A stretch of DNA of 32,000 nucleotides from Candidatus Omnitrophota bacterium (GTDB taxonomy: Bacteria > Omnitrophota > Gorgyraeia > 2-01-FULL-45-10): positions 90,001 to 122,000 of the forward strand of contig JAMWCX010000002.1 in the NCBI GenBank assembly GCA_023818895.1. The letters run 5' to 3'. Below, one piece after another: positions 1 through 11,023 of this stretch. Both the position numbers and the translations under genes were made by a program. The first letter of the stretch is position 1, and every line of letters starts with the position of its first letter. The notes under the pieces are model-generated. The model was not told the origin of the DNA. It saw only the letters and a program-made list of their open reading frames with translations, and did not search any database.

Positions 1-407
1 ATCGCGTCGGCGCCAGCCAAGGCTGATTCGTATATTTGGTATTCGTCTATAATGAAGTCTTTTCTCAAGACTGGAAGCGACACGCTATCTTTCACCAATT
101 TGATATATTCGAGCTTTCCCTCAAAGAAACGCTCATCGGTAAGAATAGATATCGCTGAGGCGCCATGCGCCTGATATGTCATGGCAATCTTGACAGGGTT
201 AAAATCACCCCTCAATATGCCCTTGGATGGAGAGGCCTTTTTAATCTCGGCTATTAAGTTGACATTGTGAGGCCTGGCGATATTCTTCTTAAAAGAGCTG
301 GAAACGTATAGGTTCTTTGTCTCTTTCACAAGCTCAGCCTGCGGCTTGGCGAGCTTGGCCGCTTCGACGACGCGCCTTTTTTCTTCGATAATCCTTGAAA
401 GTATCAA
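1..407 (-). CDS. trpC: Indole-3-glycerol phosphate synthase, N-terminal ~135 aa (gene runs off the window start)
   Basis: Absent from the ORF track because it is truncated. My minus-strand translation from 407 reads (TTG)[81 protein letters not shown]. These are hallmark TrpC motifs. The TTG start overlaps the trpD stop (TTGA, 404..407). Confidence 0.85.
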   Translation of the reverse strand, partial: MILSRIIEEKRRVVEAAKLAKPQAELVKETKNLYVSSSFKKNIARPHNVNLIAEIKKASPSKGILRGDFNPVKIAMTYQAHGASAISILTDERFFEGKLEYIKLVKDSVSLPVLRKDFIIDEYQIYESALAGADA

Positions 408-1468
408 CTGTTTGTCATCTCCACCAGTTTCATTAGTTTGGCAAGGGCTCTGCCCGAATCTATCGACTCGGCCGCCAGCCGTATGCCTGAGCTCATGTTT
501 CGCGCTTTGTATCCTGCTACACAAGCGGCGGCCGCGTTAAGAAGCACCACGTCCCTCCTAGGGCCGCGCTCACCCTTAAGAACCGACATAACTATCCTGG
601 CGTTATCATCGGCGCTGCCGCCTTCTATGTCAGTTAGCCTGGCCCTCTTTATGCCGAATTCTTCGGGTGTTATATAATAATTACTTATCCTACCGCCTTT
701 AAGCTCAGAGACCTTTGTTCTTCCGGTAATGGTAATCTCATCGAGCGTATCCATACCATAGACGACAAAGGCCCTCCTGGACCCAAGATTCTTCAGAACA
801 CGCGCTATTATCTCCGTCAACCTGCCTTCATAAACCCCCAAGACCTGGCTCGTTGCATTAGCGGGGTTCGAGAGAGGCCCCAAGAGATTGAATATAGTCC
901 TTATTCCTATCTGTCTTCTCGGTTCTATGGCATATTTCATCGCATTGTGGAAAAGCGGCGCGTATAGAAAGCCTATTCCTATCTCAATAATACACTTACG
1001 GGTTATCTCAGCGCTCACATCAATCTTAACGCCGAGCCGCTCGAGAACATCCGCCGATCCACACTGGCTGGATGCTGCACGGTTGCCGTGCTTGGCTACT
1101 TTGAGGCCGCATCCGGCAACGACAAAAGCCACTGTTGTGGATATGTTAAACGTATTTGTGCCACTTCCGCCGGTACCGCAGGTATCTATTATGGTCTCCT
1201 CATCTATATTTATATCATCACGATCTATGTCCACCGTCCCGCCGCCGCAGGCGATGTGGATGGACTTCTCGCGCATCACCTTCGCTGCGCCGGTTATCTC
1301 CTCGACAGTTTCGCCCTTCATGCGAAGGGCTGTCACAAAAGCACCTATCTGGGCATATGTGGCCTTCCCCGACATGATCTCCTCAAATACTTGGCGCATC
1401 TCGTGTTCGCTTAAATTGATATGCTTAACCGCCTTCTCTATGGCCTCTTTTATCATATTCACAACCAC
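404..1468 (-). CDS. trpD: Anthranilate phosphoribosyltransferase
   Basis: 354-aa ORF containing [40 protein letters not shown], the typical TrpD glycine-rich PRPP-binding region. It lies between trpG and trpC. The annotated start at 1468 is GTG, and an ATG alternative at 1456 gives MIKEAIEK. Confidence 0.92.
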   Translation of the reverse strand: MVVNMIKEAIEKAVKHINLSEHEMRQVFEEIMSGKATYAQIGAFVTALRMKGETVEEITGAAKVMREKSIHIACGGGTVDIDRDDINIDEETIIDTCGTGGSGTNTFNISTTVAFVVAGCGLKVAKHGNRAASSQCGSADVLERLGVKIDVSAEITRKCIIEIGIGFLYAPLFHNAMKYAIEPRRQIGIRTIFNLLGPLSNPANATSQVLGVYEGRLTEIIARVLKNLGSRRAFVVYGMDTLDEITITGRTKVSELKGGRISNYYITPEEFGIKRARLTDIEGGSADDNARIVMSVLKGERGPRRDVVLLNAAAACVAGYKARNMSSGIRLAAESIDSGRALAKLMKLVEMTNS

Positions 1469-2032
1469 CTACAGTTTCAGGAAGTTATCTAATATCTTCT
1501 TGCCTTCCAAAGTTAATATCGACTCGGGATGAAACTGAACACCGTATATTGGATATTCCGTGTGCTTAAGGCCCATTATCTCTTTATCAGACGTTTCGGC
1601 CGTTATAATAAGGTCTTTGGGAAAGCTTTCTCTTTCTACCACCAGCGAGTGATACCTCGTAGCCTCAAAGGGATTGCTGACGCCGGTAAATATGCCTTTT
1701 CCGTCATGGTATATCTGAGAGGTCTTGCCGTGCATAAGGGCCTTCGCGCCGACTATCTTGCCTCCAAAAACCTCCCCTATGGCCTGATGGCCTAGGCATA
1801 CCCCAAGAATAGGAGTGCTCTTGCCAAAGATCCTGATGACTTCTTCTGATATTCCCGCATCCTTCGGCTGACCCGGGCCGGGTGAGATCACTATCCTTGC
1901 CGGGGCTATATTTTTTATCTCATCTATGGTGATCCTGTCATTCCTGTAGACTGATATCTCCGCACCAAGCTCGCCTAGATATTGGACAAGATTGTAAGTG
2001 AAAGAATCGTAATTATCGATTATTAGGATCAT
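1469..2032 (-). CDS. trpG: Anthranilate synthase component II (glutamine amidotransferase)
   Basis: [35 protein letters not shown] is the class I GATase triad region. I trimmed the track ORF (to 2194) to the ATG at 2032, which overlaps the trpE stop as ATGA. The upstream 54 codons are G/R-rich and lie inside trpE. Confidence 0.9.
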   Translation of the reverse strand: MILIIDNYDSFTYNLVQYLGELGAEISVYRNDRITIDEIKNIAPARIVISPGPGQPKDAGISEEVIRIFGKSTPILGVCLGHQAIGEVFGGKIVGAKALMHGKTSQIYHDGKGIFTGVSNPFEATRYHSLVVERESFPKDLIITAETSDKEIMGLKHTEYPIYGVQFHPESILTLEGKKILDNFLKL

Positions 2033-3507
2033 TCCAACCCCTTTTCCGCTATCTCTATCGCCCTGACCAAAGCCTTCGCCTTGTTCACAGTCTCCTGATA
2101 TTCCTTTTCCGGTTGGGAATCGGCCACGATACCAGCCCCTGCCTGTATATAGGCCACCTTGTTCTTTATCACTATCGTCCGTATGGTTATGCAACAGTCC
2201 AGGTTACCCGAAAAGCTGAAATATCCTACACAGCCGGCATAGGCCGAGCGCCTTACGTTCTCGAGCTCCTCTATTATCTCCATTGCCCGTACCTTTGGAG
2301 CGCCGGTAACTGTGCCCGCTGGGAACGTTGCCCTTAAAACGTCAAATATGTCTTTGTCCTTTCTGAGACGACCGGAAACATCCGTTACGATATGCATTAC
2401 ATGCGAATACTTCTCGATCGTCATGAGCTCCGATACCTTCACTGAATTGAAATCACAGACCCTCCCTATATCGTTGCGACCGAGATCCACAAGCATTATA
2501 TGCTCAGCCCTCTCCTTGGGATCCGCCAGAAGCTCCTTCATAAGGGCTTCGTCTTCTTTATCGGAAGCGCCCCTGGGCCTGGTGCCGGCTATGGGGCGCA
2601 CCTCAACAATGCCATCCTCACATCTAACCATGATCTCAGGCGATGATCCCACAAGATAAAAATCCTTTAGCTTAAGATAATACATGTAGGGAGACGGGTT
2701 CACAGAGCGCAAAGCCCTGTAAATCTGAAAGGGGTGGCATGAGACAGGCGTCCGAAATCTTTGCGAAAGCACCACCTGTATCATATCGCCTTTTCTTATA
2801 TATTCTTTAGCCTTGGTCACTATATCCTCAAACATTCTTTTATCAAGGTTAGATTTAAGGACAGGCGCCGCGGCGGCATTTTTTAACATGAAAGTCGGGA
2901 TGTCCTTTATAGGCGCCTTAAGACGATTGGCGATAGTATTTATTTTACGCGAAGCCTCCTCGTAAGCTGTCTCAGGCCGTTCGCTGACATAGGCATTACA
3001 TACTATCTTTATCTTATGATCGACATGGTCGAATACAAGTAGCGTATCAGCGAGCATGAAGGTGGCATCAGGTATTTCGAGACCGTCTGGATTCTTGTCC
3101 GGTATCTTCTCGATGAAACGCACCATATCGTAACCGAAAAATCCTACCAGGCCACCGGTAAATCTGGGCAGCCCGGCGACGCTGACGAAAGAATATCTGG
3201 ATAGTATCTTCTTCAGCTCGCCTATAGGATCGTCGGTTTCGAATACCTTTGTCCTGCCTGCCTCATGTAGCGTCACCTTTCTGCCCTTGCTTGAAAAAAC
3301 AAGCGACGGCTTACTGCCAAGAAAAGAATATCTGGCAAGCCTTTCGCCCCCCTCGACCGATTCAAGCAGAAAGGAATAATCACCGGCGTCGATCTTCGTA
3401 TAGGCCGATATTGGGGTGTCGAAATCAGCGACAACCTCCCGATACACGGGGATCAGATTACCCCTCTGGGCCAATTTTACGAACTCTTCTTTCGTCGGAT
3501 AAAGCAT
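2029..3507 (-). CDS. trpE: Anthranilate synthase component I
   Basis: 492-aa ORF with [16 protein letters not shown] near the N-terminus and a chorismate-binding C-terminal half ([44 protein letters not shown]). Confidence 0.93.
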   Translation of the reverse strand: MLYPTKEEFVKLAQRGNLIPVYREVVADFDTPISAYTKIDAGDYSFLLESVEGGERLARYSFLGSKPSLVFSSKGRKVTLHEAGRTKVFETDDPIGELKKILSRYSFVSVAGLPRFTGGLVGFFGYDMVRFIEKIPDKNPDGLEIPDATFMLADTLLVFDHVDHKIKIVCNAYVSERPETAYEEASRKINTIANRLKAPIKDIPTFMLKNAAAAPVLKSNLDKRMFEDIVTKAKEYIRKGDMIQVVLSQRFRTPVSCHPFQIYRALRSVNPSPYMYYLKLKDFYLVGSSPEIMVRCEDGIVEVRPIAGTRPRGASDKEDEALMKELLADPKERAEHIMLVDLGRNDIGRVCDFNSVKVSELMTIEKYSHVMHIVTDVSGRLRKDKDIFDVLRATFPAGTVTGAPKVRAMEIIEELENVRRSAYAGCVGYFSFSGNLDCCITIRTIVIKNKVAYIQAGAGIVADSQPEKEYQETVNKAKALVRAIEIAEKGLE

Positions 3508-3890
3508 TATTTATAGACCTTTCCCGGATCAAACAAACGATCGCCCAGTATCTTGATATTTCCGTCCTTGTCGACTTGTCGGAAATAGCAAGTAAAATAC
3601 CCTTCGTGACAGCCAGCGAGTTTCTGGTCCACTTTTATAAGGATAGAGTTACCCTCGCAATCCACGCAGATTGACCTTACCGCTTGCGTGCAGCCGCTTG
3701 TATCACCCTTCTTCATAAGTTTTCCCTTAGAACGCCTAAAGACGTACACGAACCCTTCTTGCAATGTCTTTTTAAGCGCCTCTTCGTTCATGTAGCAAAG
3801 CGTCAGAACCTGCAATGACCTCTCATCCTGTATTATTGCTGGGATAAGGCCTTTATCATTGAATTTTAATAAAGAGATCAATTTGCCCAT
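3507..3890 (-). CDS. hisI: Phosphoribosyl-AMP cyclohydrolase (monofunctional, no HisE fusion)
   Basis: 127-aa ORF with GLIPAIIQD..LTLCYMNEEALKKTL..FRRSKGKLMKKGDTSG..DCEGNSILIKVDQ..CHEGYFTCYF. Its TAA stop overlaps the trpE ATG by one base (TAATG). Confidence 0.9.
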   Translation of the reverse strand: MGKLISLLKFNDKGLIPAIIQDERSLQVLTLCYMNEEALKKTLQEGFVYVFRRSKGKLMKKGDTSGCTQAVRSICVDCEGNSILIKVDQKLAGCHEGYFTCYFRQVDKDGNIKILGDRLFDPGKVYK

Positions 3891-3905
3891 ACCGCCCCTC
3901 GATTA

Positions 3906-4676
3906 TTATAATCTAACAGCGACATTCTTTTTCTTAAGATATCTTTTTGCCTCGTTGACAGAGTACTGACGAAAATGAAATATAGAGGCCGCGAGTACCG
4001 CGTCAGCTTTCCCTTCAGTCAGCGCGTCATATAGATGATCCAAATTCCCCGCCCCGCCGGAAGCTATAACAGGAATGCGGACAGACTCGCTGACCCTCCT
4101 GGTCAGTTCTATGTCATAACCTTCTTTCGTGCCGTCATAATCCATGCTTGTTAAAAGTATTTCGCCTGCGCCGAAGCGCTCCATTCGGCGTGCCCATATA
4201 AGGGCGTCTATGCCGGTAGCTGTTCTTCCCCCATTTATAAATACCTCCCAGCGCTGAGAGGTCCTTGTCTTTAAGGTGCACTTAGCATCGATGGCCACCA
4301 CTATGCACTGGCTTCCAAACCTCGATGACGCCTTCTTGACAAACAAAGGATCCTTTACGGCGGCCGTGTTTATGGATACTTTGTCGCAGCCAGCGTTGAG
4401 AAGCGCTCTTATATCTTCTATCGTGCGAATGCCACCGCCCACCGTGAATGGCAGGAATATCGTTTCGGCAACATTCCTGACAAGCTCCAGCGTGGTCTTC
4501 CGCTTTTCGTAACTTGCGGTTATATCAAGAAAGACTATTTCGTCTGCGCCCTGGCTATCATAAAAAGCGGCATTCTGGACGGGATCACCGGCATCCTTAA
4601 GGTTTATGAAATTTACGCCCTTGACAACACGGCCGTCTTTTATGTCAAGACAGGGTATTATTCTTTTAGTAAGCAT
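3906..4676 (-). CDS. hisF: Imidazole glycerol phosphate synthase, cyclase subunit
   Basis: 256-aa [49 protein letters not shown] is the classic HisF (beta/alpha)8 signature. Confidence 0.94.
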   Translation of the reverse strand: MLTKRIIPCLDIKDGRVVKGVNFINLKDAGDPVQNAAFYDSQGADEIVFLDITASYEKRKTTLELVRNVAETIFLPFTVGGGIRTIEDIRALLNAGCDKVSINTAAVKDPLFVKKASSRFGSQCIVVAIDAKCTLKTRTSQRWEVFINGGRTATGIDALIWARRMERFGAGEILLTSMDYDGTKEGYDIELTRRVSESVRIPVIASGGAGNLDHLYDALTEGKADAVLAASIFHFRQYSVNEAKRYLKKKNVAVRL

Positions 4677-5386
4677 GCCTCTATGGCTTCCTTCAGGTCT
4701 ATTCTACCCTCATAAAGGGCCTTACCTATTATCACGCCTTTGAGGCCTTCCGGCTCAAGTTTCTTCAGCCTCTTTATGTCGCCAATGGTAGAGACGCCGC
4801 CGGCGGCTATGACGTCAAGCTTTGTCACCCTCAGAATTTCGCGCAGACTGTCTATATTCGGCCCTTCAAGCATCCCGTCTCTCGAGATATCCGTGTAGTT
4901 TATGGTCTTGACCCCAAGCGTCTCCATCTTCTTGGCAAGGCCCACCGCCTTAATGTCAGTCTTGAAAAGCCATCCTCTTGTATGAACCACGCCTTCGTTG
5001 GCGTCTATACCCACGACGATCTTTTCACCGAACTTGGCGGTAATTTTCCGGAGAAAACGCTCATCGAGAGCTCTGGTCCCTATCACTACCTTGGAAACGC
5101 CGGCATCCAATGCCTGCCGGATGGACCCCTCATCGCGCATACCCCCGCCAAGCTCCACGTCAACCTTGATCGCGTGAATAATCTCTTTAACAGAAGCAAG
5201 GTTCTTAAGGCATCCTTCCCGAGCACCGTCGAGATCCACGATATGAATCATTTCCACCCCGTATGAGGCCCACTTTTTCGCCATCTCAACGGGTGAATCC
5301 GCATATACAGTCTGACGCGAAAACTCGCCTTGCGCAAGCCTGATAACCTTGCCATCTTTTATGTCAATAGCCGGTACGACTATCAT
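4658..5386 (-). CDS. hisA: ProFAR isomerase (1-(5-phosphoribosyl)-5-[(5-phosphoribosylamino)methylideneamino]imidazole-4-carboxamide isomerase)
   Basis: 242-aa ORF with [51 protein letters not shown]. It lies between hisH and hisF. Confidence 0.92.
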   Translation of the reverse strand: MIVVPAIDIKDGKVIRLAQGEFSRQTVYADSPVEMAKKWASYGVEMIHIVDLDGAREGCLKNLASVKEIIHAIKVDVELGGGMRDEGSIRQALDAGVSKVVIGTRALDERFLRKITAKFGEKIVVGIDANEGVVHTRGWLFKTDIKAVGLAKKMETLGVKTINYTDISRDGMLEGPNIDSLREILRVTKLDVIAAGGVSTIGDIKRLKKLEPEGLKGVIIGKALYEGRIDLKEAIEACLLKE

Positions 5387-6018
5387 TTTAATCCGATAAA
5401 ATTCTTAAGGATAGATAGCCCAACAGACTGACTTTTTTCAGGATGAAACTGCAAGCCATACACATTATCCTTGTGCACACCAGACACGAAATCGACTCCG
5501 TAGTTGGTCGTTGTCAGCGTAAGCGTTCTATCAGCCGGCTTAACATAATACGAATGGACGAAATATACATACGAGCCATCCTTTATTCCATCCAAAATAG
5601 TCTTTTTAAGCCTGGTTTTTGAATTGTGATCCTTAAAGGTTATATTATTCCACCCCATATGCGGCACTTTTAGGGTGTTGTCGCTAAATCGAAACTTCTT
5701 TACCGAGCCTTTCAGCACAGATAGCCCCTTAACACCCGGCGCCTCTTCGCTTTCTTCGAAAAGAATCTGCAAACCGAGACACAGCCCAAGAAAAAGCCTT
5801 CCCTCGGCAATCGCAGCCCTGATAGCCCTCTCCAGCCCACGACGCCTAAGCTCTTTCATAGCATCTCCGAAGGCGCCGACGCCCGGCAATACTATCTTCT
5901 CGCATCCCGCAAGGTCCTCGGCATAAGAGGCAATCTTTGTCCGTGCACCGGAAACCTCCAGCGCCTTCTGGACGCTGCGGATATTTCCCATGCCATAATC
6001 TATAACCGCGATCATCAT
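5383..6018 (-). CDS. hisH: Imidazole glycerol phosphate synthase, glutamine amidotransferase subunit
   Basis: 211-aa ORF with IAVIDYGMGNIRSVQKALE..LPGVGAFG..GLCLGLQILF..VPHMGWN..FVHSY..QFHPEKS. An AGGAG Shine-Dalgarno sequence lies just upstream (plus strand ctcct at 6022..6026). Confidence 0.93.
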   Translation of the reverse strand: MMIAVIDYGMGNIRSVQKALEVSGARTKIASYAEDLAGCEKIVLPGVGAFGDAMKELRRRGLERAIRAAIAEGRLFLGLCLGLQILFEESEEAPGVKGLSVLKGSVKKFRFSDNTLKVPHMGWNNITFKDHNSKTRLKKTILDGIKDGSYVYFVHSYYVKPADRTLTLTTTNYGVDFVSGVHKDNVYGLQFHPEKSQSVGLSILKNFIGLK

Positions 6019-6133
6019 AAACTCCTGTAATTCGTAAGCAGTAAATTAAGTCCTGCGGACCTTAGACATACGAGTCGCCTAAGGCGATGCCGTTTAGGAT
6101 TTACAAATTACTAGCTACAAATACTTAGTTTTT

Positions 6134-6742
6134 TCAATCGATCGTCCCTTTGGTCGATGGAATGCCTTTACGCCGCGCATCTATCTGCGTAGCCTCATCG
6201 AGAGCTATGCCGAAGGCCTTGAATACCGCTTCAAGCACATGGTGCGTATCATGGCCGGCATATATATCCACATGCAGATTAATGTTCGCGTTCTTCGCAA
6301 ACGTGTCAAGAAAATCCCTGCCGTCCTCTATCGAATAATTCTCCGCCGGTTGCAGGGTATTGTCATATTTTGGCGCTCTCCAGGAAAAAGCGTACCTTCC
6401 TCCAATATCTATCATCACCTTCGCGGCCGCCATATCCATGGGCACCTCCTTTGAACCGTATCTTCTTATGCCTCTGCACTCACCCAGCGCCTCCCTGAAA
6501 GCTTTGCCCAAGCATATAGCCACATCCTCATTGGTGTGATGTATATCAACATTAAGGTCGCCTTTTGCTTTAAGCATAAGGTCGAAAAGACCGTGAAAAG
6601 CGAACAGTGTAAGCATGTGGTCCAGGAAGCCTATGCCCGTCTTTATATCGGATACGCCTTTCCCGTCAATCACGAGTTTACCGGATATATCAGTCTCCGT
6701 AGTCTTGCGTTTAATAAGAGCGTTGCGCGCTTTTGATGCCAT
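6134..6742 (-). CDS. hisB: Imidazoleglycerol-phosphate dehydratase
   Basis: 202-aa ORF with KRKTTETDISGKL..GIGFLDHMLTLFAFHG..DIHHTNEDVAICLG..HHVLEAVFKAFG. An AAGGAG Shine-Dalgarno sequence lies upstream. Confidence 0.93.
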   Translation of the reverse strand: MASKARNALIKRKTTETDISGKLVIDGKGVSDIKTGIGFLDHMLTLFAFHGLFDLMLKAKGDLNVDIHHTNEDVAICLGKAFREALGECRGIRRYGSKEVPMDMAAAKVMIDIGGRYAFSWRAPKYDNTLQPAENYSIEDGRDFLDTFAKNANINLHVDIYAGHDTHHVLEAVFKAFGIALDEATQIDARRKGIPSTKGTID

Positions 6743-6754
6743 AGGATCTCCTTA

Positions 6755-7975
6755 TTACTCAAACCTTGCCTTTATAGAATCAAGATGCTTCTGAAGCCCT
6801 TCTATCCCCGCTATCTTCTCAAGCGGTTCACGTATCTTTTCCAAAGCCTTCTTGGTGTAGGACAATATATGAGAGCTTTTGTAAAAATCAGAAACGCCGA
6901 GCCCTGAAAAGAAACGGACACTTCCGCCTGTCGGCAGTACGTGGCTCGGGCCGGCAACGTAATCCCCGACAGCCACCGGCGTATATGGGCCTAAAAATAT
7001 AGCGCCGGCATGGCTTATCTTATTAGCTATCTTTTTCGGATTGTTTGTCAATATCTGCAGGTGCTCTGCCGCCAGCATGTTCGCCACCTCAGCGGCCTCA
7101 TCCATATTTTTAACAAGTATGATATAACCTTTGATGTTCTCATCCTTGAATGTCCGCGCCAGTTTTTTAGAGTTCGTTATCAATATTGACAACCCCATGA
7201 AATGCTCGGCCTGGGCCTCCAGATCGGCCTTTATGAAATTTATGTTTGAAAGCTGGTTAGCTATAATGACCACCTCTGTAGGGCCAGCGAGCATATCTAT
7301 ATCGCAATAGCCAAAGACTTGGCGCTTGGCTTCCGTCACATAGGCGTTGCCGGGTCCTACGATCTTGTCGACTTTCGGTATGGTTCTTGTGCCATAAGCG
7401 AGCGCCGCTATAGCCTGAGCTCCTCCCACCTTGTATATCTCGTCCACCTTAAGCAGATCGGCTACCACGAGTATATGTGGATCCACCGACTTATATGCGT
7501 TAGGCGGGGTAACAAGCACGATCTTTTTTACGCCAGCCATCTTCGCCGGGATAACTGTCATATAGACGCTTGAGACCAGCGGCACGGTCCCGCTGGGAAC
7601 ATACACGCCGACAGTATCAAGGGGCATGATCTTTTCGCCGAGTAGAACACCATCCGCGTCCTTTATCTTCCAGGATCTCTTGAGCTGCTTTCTGTAGAAT
7701 TTATTTATATTCTCCATGACTATCTTAAGCGTAGACACAAATTCTGGCTTGATGTCCTGGTAAGCTCCTGACACCTCGCCCTCGGATACTTTCAGGTCCT
7801 TTACAGAAAGCCTTACCTTGTCGAACTTGCGCGTGTACTTTAGCACAGCTTCATCTCCGTAAAGTTTGACATTCTCGAGAATGCCCCTAACGCTTTCGCT
7901 TACGCGCTTGCTCCTTCCCGAGTTTCGTTCACAAAGTTTTCGGAATTGTTTGCTGCCAACCCTGACCAGCTTCAT
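6755..7975 (-). CDS. hisD: Histidinol dehydrogenase
   Basis: 406-aa ORF with VPSGTVPLVSSVYMTVIPAKMAGV..GGAQAIAALAYGT..GPGNAYVTEAKR..DMLAGPTEVVIIA..QAEH..GDYVAGPSHVLPT. Its ATG overlaps the alaS stop (ATGA). Confidence 0.92.
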   Translation of the reverse strand: MKLVRVGSKQFRKLCERNSGRSKRVSESVRGILENVKLYGDEAVLKYTRKFDKVRLSVKDLKVSEGEVSGAYQDIKPEFVSTLKIVMENINKFYRKQLKRSWKIKDADGVLLGEKIMPLDTVGVYVPSGTVPLVSSVYMTVIPAKMAGVKKIVLVTPPNAYKSVDPHILVVADLLKVDEIYKVGGAQAIAALAYGTRTIPKVDKIVGPGNAYVTEAKRQVFGYCDIDMLAGPTEVVIIANQLSNINFIKADLEAQAEHFMGLSILITNSKKLARTFKDENIKGYIILVKNMDEAAEVANMLAAEHLQILTNNPKKIANKISHAGAIFLGPYTPVAVGDYVAGPSHVLPTGGSVRFFSGLGVSDFYKSSHILSYTKKALEKIREPLEKIAGIEGLQKHLDSIKARFE

Positions 7976-10554
7976 CCTAATCTCTCCCTTATGGTATGTA
8001 ACGCTTTATTAAATGCCTCCTCCAATCTTGCGGCGGCTTTACCACCACCCTGAGCAAAATTATCCCTCCCGCCGCCAGAACCATCAAGTATCACCGCCGC
8101 TTCTTTCGCTATGGAGTTCGCGCTGATACCTTTTTTTACCGCCTTCTCCGGGACGGACACCACAAAAGATACCTTATCCGCAAGCCTGGTACCTAGAAGA
8201 ACTATGGCGTCTTTTTCCCTCTGCCTTATCCTGTCCGCAAGAGCCCTCAGCCCATCTATGCTTATGTCACCTATATTTTCAATAATAACTTTGGTATCGG
8301 CAACATTTTTAGCGCGTGACAAAAATAATTCTATGCGCTCGGCCTCTTCCTCAAGTCTTTTCGCGTAAAATTTCTTCTCCTCTTCTTTATGCGCCTCGGC
8401 CTTTTTTTTGGCCTCCGCCGCCCTCTTTCTTCCCTCCAGCCATTCTTCCGCCGCTCGACCTGTTACGGCCTCTATGCGCCTGACTCCCGAGGCTATGGAG
8501 CTTTCGCTCGTTATCTTGAAAATACCGATATCTTTGGTATTATCCAGATGGGTGCCGCCGCACAGCTCCTTGGACACGCCTTCCACCGTAACTACCCTGA
8601 CCATATTGTCATACTTCTCACCGAAAAGGGCTGTAGCGCCCTCTCTCCTTGCAGTCTCAATATCTTTTATCTCCTTTTTCACCGGTATGGCCTTCTTGAT
8701 ATTATCATTGACGATCTCCTCGACACGGCTTAACTCCCTTTCGTTCATCTTCTTCATGTGAGTAAAGTCAAAACGCAAATGCTGACTATCAACAAGAGAG
8801 CCCGTCTGCCTGACATGGTCTCCCAAAACTTTTTTAAGCGCGGCCTGCAGAAGGTGAGTGGCCGTATGGTTGGCCATAATCTTATTTCTGGCGCTTTCAT
8901 CGATGGAGACTTTGGCGATCTCCCCGACCGCTATCGTTCCTTTGAGCATACTGCCTATATGGACTATCGTATCCCCTATCTTTTTGGCATCCTCAACCTC
9001 CATCGCGCCGGAGGAAGTCTCTATCCTGCCTCGGTCGCCCACCTGACCGCCTGACTCACCGTAAAAGGGAGTCTTATCCAGGATCACTTCACCGTCTTCG
9101 AGAACGGCCAGAACCTTAGCTTCGGCGTGCGTTTTTTCGTACCCAACGAATTCCGTCTTCAGACGCAGGGCTTCGACCTTCTTGGCGAATGTCTCACTGA
9201 ATATCTCGCCTTTTATCTTCGTTCTTGAGCGCGACAGCTCCCTCTGTTTGTCCAAAAACCTATCAAACGCATTCCTGTCTATTTTCAGGCCGTATCTTTC
9301 TGCGATATCCTCAAGCATCTCATAAGGCATGCCGTAAGTATCGTAAAAGTTAAAAGCTATCTCGGCCAGCCTATCCGGGGCCTCAGTCCTCCTGAAATCC
9401 TCGAAAGCCGCTTCGACCTTTGGCAGGTGATTCTGCAAGATGAAGAGAAAATTCTCCTCCTCTCTTTTTACAATCTGCGCTATATCATCGCGCCTGACCC
9501 TCAATTCGGGATAAGGAGCTTTCATCACATCTGCGATAACACTTACGAGCTTATATAAAGCCGGCTCCTTTATTCCTATTTCCCGACCGTGGAGCATGGC
9601 GCGCCTTATAAGCTTGCGCACAACGTAACCGCGCTCTTCGTTGGAGGGCATAACCCCGTCGGCTATGCAAAATACGACAGCCCTGACGTGATCCGCCATC
9701 GCGTTTATCCTGAATCTGAGGTTCTGCGCATCACATGTAATTGTCTTTGCTTGCCTAAAGTCATGACGCCCCGCCAGGGTTTCTATCTCTTTCACTATAG
9801 GCACAAATATGTCGATATCAAAATTTGTACGCACACCTTGCAAGACAGATGCTATGCGTTCAATGCCCATTCCGGTATCGATATTTTTTTTAGGAAGCGG
9901 CTTCAGGCTTCCGTCGGGCTGCCTATCAAACTGCGTAAATACCAGGTTCCAGACTTCAACAAACCTGCCGCAATCACACGCTGGGGTGCAGGTCTCTTTT
10001 TGGCATCCTACACCGCTTCCGTAATCATAGAATATCTCGGAGCACGGCCCGCATGGACCGTTTGGCCCCTTCGTTGGCGCTTCTGAAGGCCAGAAATTTT
10101 CTTTGGCGCCAAATTTCATTATCTTGTATGCCGGCACTTTTATCTTTTTTTCCCAGATGTTGTAAGCCTCGTCATCGTCATTATAAACCGATACCCACAG
10201 CCTGTCGGAAGGTATCTTAAGCACTATTGTAAAAAATTCCCAAGCCCACTGGATAGCCTCTTGCTTGAAGTAGTCTCCGAAGGAAAAATTACCGAGCATT
10301 TCAAAGAAAGTATGGTGGCCCGCGGTCCTTCCAACATTCTCAAGGTCGCCTGTCCTGAGGCACTTCTGGCTTGATGCGGCACGGGTGTATGTAACGTTGC
10401 GGCCGAGAAACTTTTCCTTGAACTGATTCATGCCGGCGCCTGTAAAGAGGAGGGTCGGATCGTCCTTTGGCACCAGGGAGTCGCTCGGGACTATTTCATG
10501 ACCCTTCGATCTGAAGAATTCCAAAAATAAACTTCTTATCTCATCCGTTCTCAT
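7972..10554 (-). CDS. alaS: Alanine--tRNA ligase
   Basis: 860-aa ORF. It shows the N-terminal class II core (FLEFFRSKGHEIVPSDSLVP..DPTLLFTGAGMNQFK..HHTFFEMLGNFSFGDYFK). It also has the editing-domain HTATHLL..CGGTH motifs and a C-terminal DHHA1-like tail. Confidence 0.95.
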   Translation of the reverse strand: MRTDEIRSLFLEFFRSKGHEIVPSDSLVPKDDPTLLFTGAGMNQFKEKFLGRNVTYTRAASSQKCLRTGDLENVGRTAGHHTFFEMLGNFSFGDYFKQEAIQWAWEFFTIVLKIPSDRLWVSVYNDDDEAYNIWEKKIKVPAYKIMKFGAKENFWPSEAPTKGPNGPCGPCSEIFYDYGSGVGCQKETCTPACDCGRFVEVWNLVFTQFDRQPDGSLKPLPKKNIDTGMGIERIASVLQGVRTNFDIDIFVPIVKEIETLAGRHDFRQAKTITCDAQNLRFRINAMADHVRAVVFCIADGVMPSNEERGYVVRKLIRRAMLHGREIGIKEPALYKLVSVIADVMKAPYPELRVRRDDIAQIVKREEENFLFILQNHLPKVEAAFEDFRRTEAPDRLAEIAFNFYDTYGMPYEMLEDIAERYGLKIDRNAFDRFLDKQRELSRSRTKIKGEIFSETFAKKVEALRLKTEFVGYEKTHAEAKVLAVLEDGEVILDKTPFYGESGGQVGDRGRIETSSGAMEVEDAKKIGDTIVHIGSMLKGTIAVGEIAKVSIDESARNKIMANHTATHLLQAALKKVLGDHVRQTGSLVDSQHLRFDFTHMKKMNERELSRVEEIVNDNIKKAIPVKKEIKDIETARREGATALFGEKYDNMVRVVTVEGVSKELCGGTHLDNTKDIGIFKITSESSIASGVRRIEAVTGRAAEEWLEGRKRAAEAKKKAEAHKEEEKKFYAKRLEEEAERIELFLSRAKNVADTKVIIENIGDISIDGLRALADRIRQREKDAIVLLGTRLADKVSFVVSVPEKAVKKGISANSIAKEAAVILDGSGGGRDNFAQGGGKAAARLEEAFNKALHTIRERLG

Positions 10555-11023
10555 CGATTATGCCATCTATTATCCTTTGGATAATATCATAAGCAAATCC
10601 ACGCCTCGCAAGAAAATCATGCAATCTCTTAAGCGCTTTCTTGCTTTCTATCTTCGCAAGCCGCCCAAACTTCTCCTTTGCCATACTAAAAGCCACCTTA
10701 TATTCGTCATAATCAGCGTCCTTCTCCGCTAAGGTGGCTTCTATTATACTGTCACTTATGCCTTTTTCTTTCAGCTCTCGGCGCAGGACCATCTTTCCCA
10801 TCGGGTTAAAGCGCATACGAGATTCAACCCATAGGCGAGCAAACTTTGCATCATCGATTTCGCCACATCTTTTTAAAAAACCTACGGTGTCCTCTATAAC
10901 AGAAGGGCCGTATCCTTTAAGCTTGAGCCTGGCGCGGATCTCGGCTTCGCTTCGGGGCCTTGAACGCAATAGGCTATAGGCATTATTCCGGGCCCGTCTC
11001 AATATTCTATCGTCAGATCGCAA
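10541..11023 (-). CDS. recX: RecA regulator RecX
   Basis: 160-aa ORF directly after recA. RARNNAYSLLRSRPRSEAEIRARLKLKGY plus repeated three-helix segments is typical of RecX. The start codon is TTG (plus strand caa at 11021..11023). Its 3' end overlaps the alaS start by 14 nt. Confidence 0.82.
   Translation of the reverse strand: MRSDDRILRRARNNAYSLLRSRPRSEAEIRARLKLKGYGPSVIEDTVGFLKRCGEIDDAKFARLWVESRMRFNPMGKMVLRRELKEKGISDSIIEATLAEKDADYDEYKVAFSMAKEKFGRLAKIESKKALKRLHDFLARRGFAYDIIQRIIDGIIDENG

Noticed and set aside
888-1532. 214-aa plus-strand ORF
   Set aside because: It is antisense to trpD and trpG. Its Ser/Pro/Ile-rich translation has no recognisable motif, and the minus-strand frame carries unambiguous TrpD signatures.
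2033-2194. 54-codon N-terminal extension of the trpG ORF in the track ([26 protein letters not shown]..)
   Set aside because: It lies entirely inside the 3' end of trpE in another frame and is G/R-rich nonsense-like sequence. The conserved GATase N-terminus [11 protein letters not shown] starts at the ATG at 2032, which forms an ATGA overlap with the trpE stop.
6019-6133. tRNA or known riboswitch in the hisB/hisH spacer
   Set aside because: There is no cloverleaf with a GTTCRANYC T-loop and no T-box or other riboswitch core that I recognise. It is kept only as an unexplained structured spacer.
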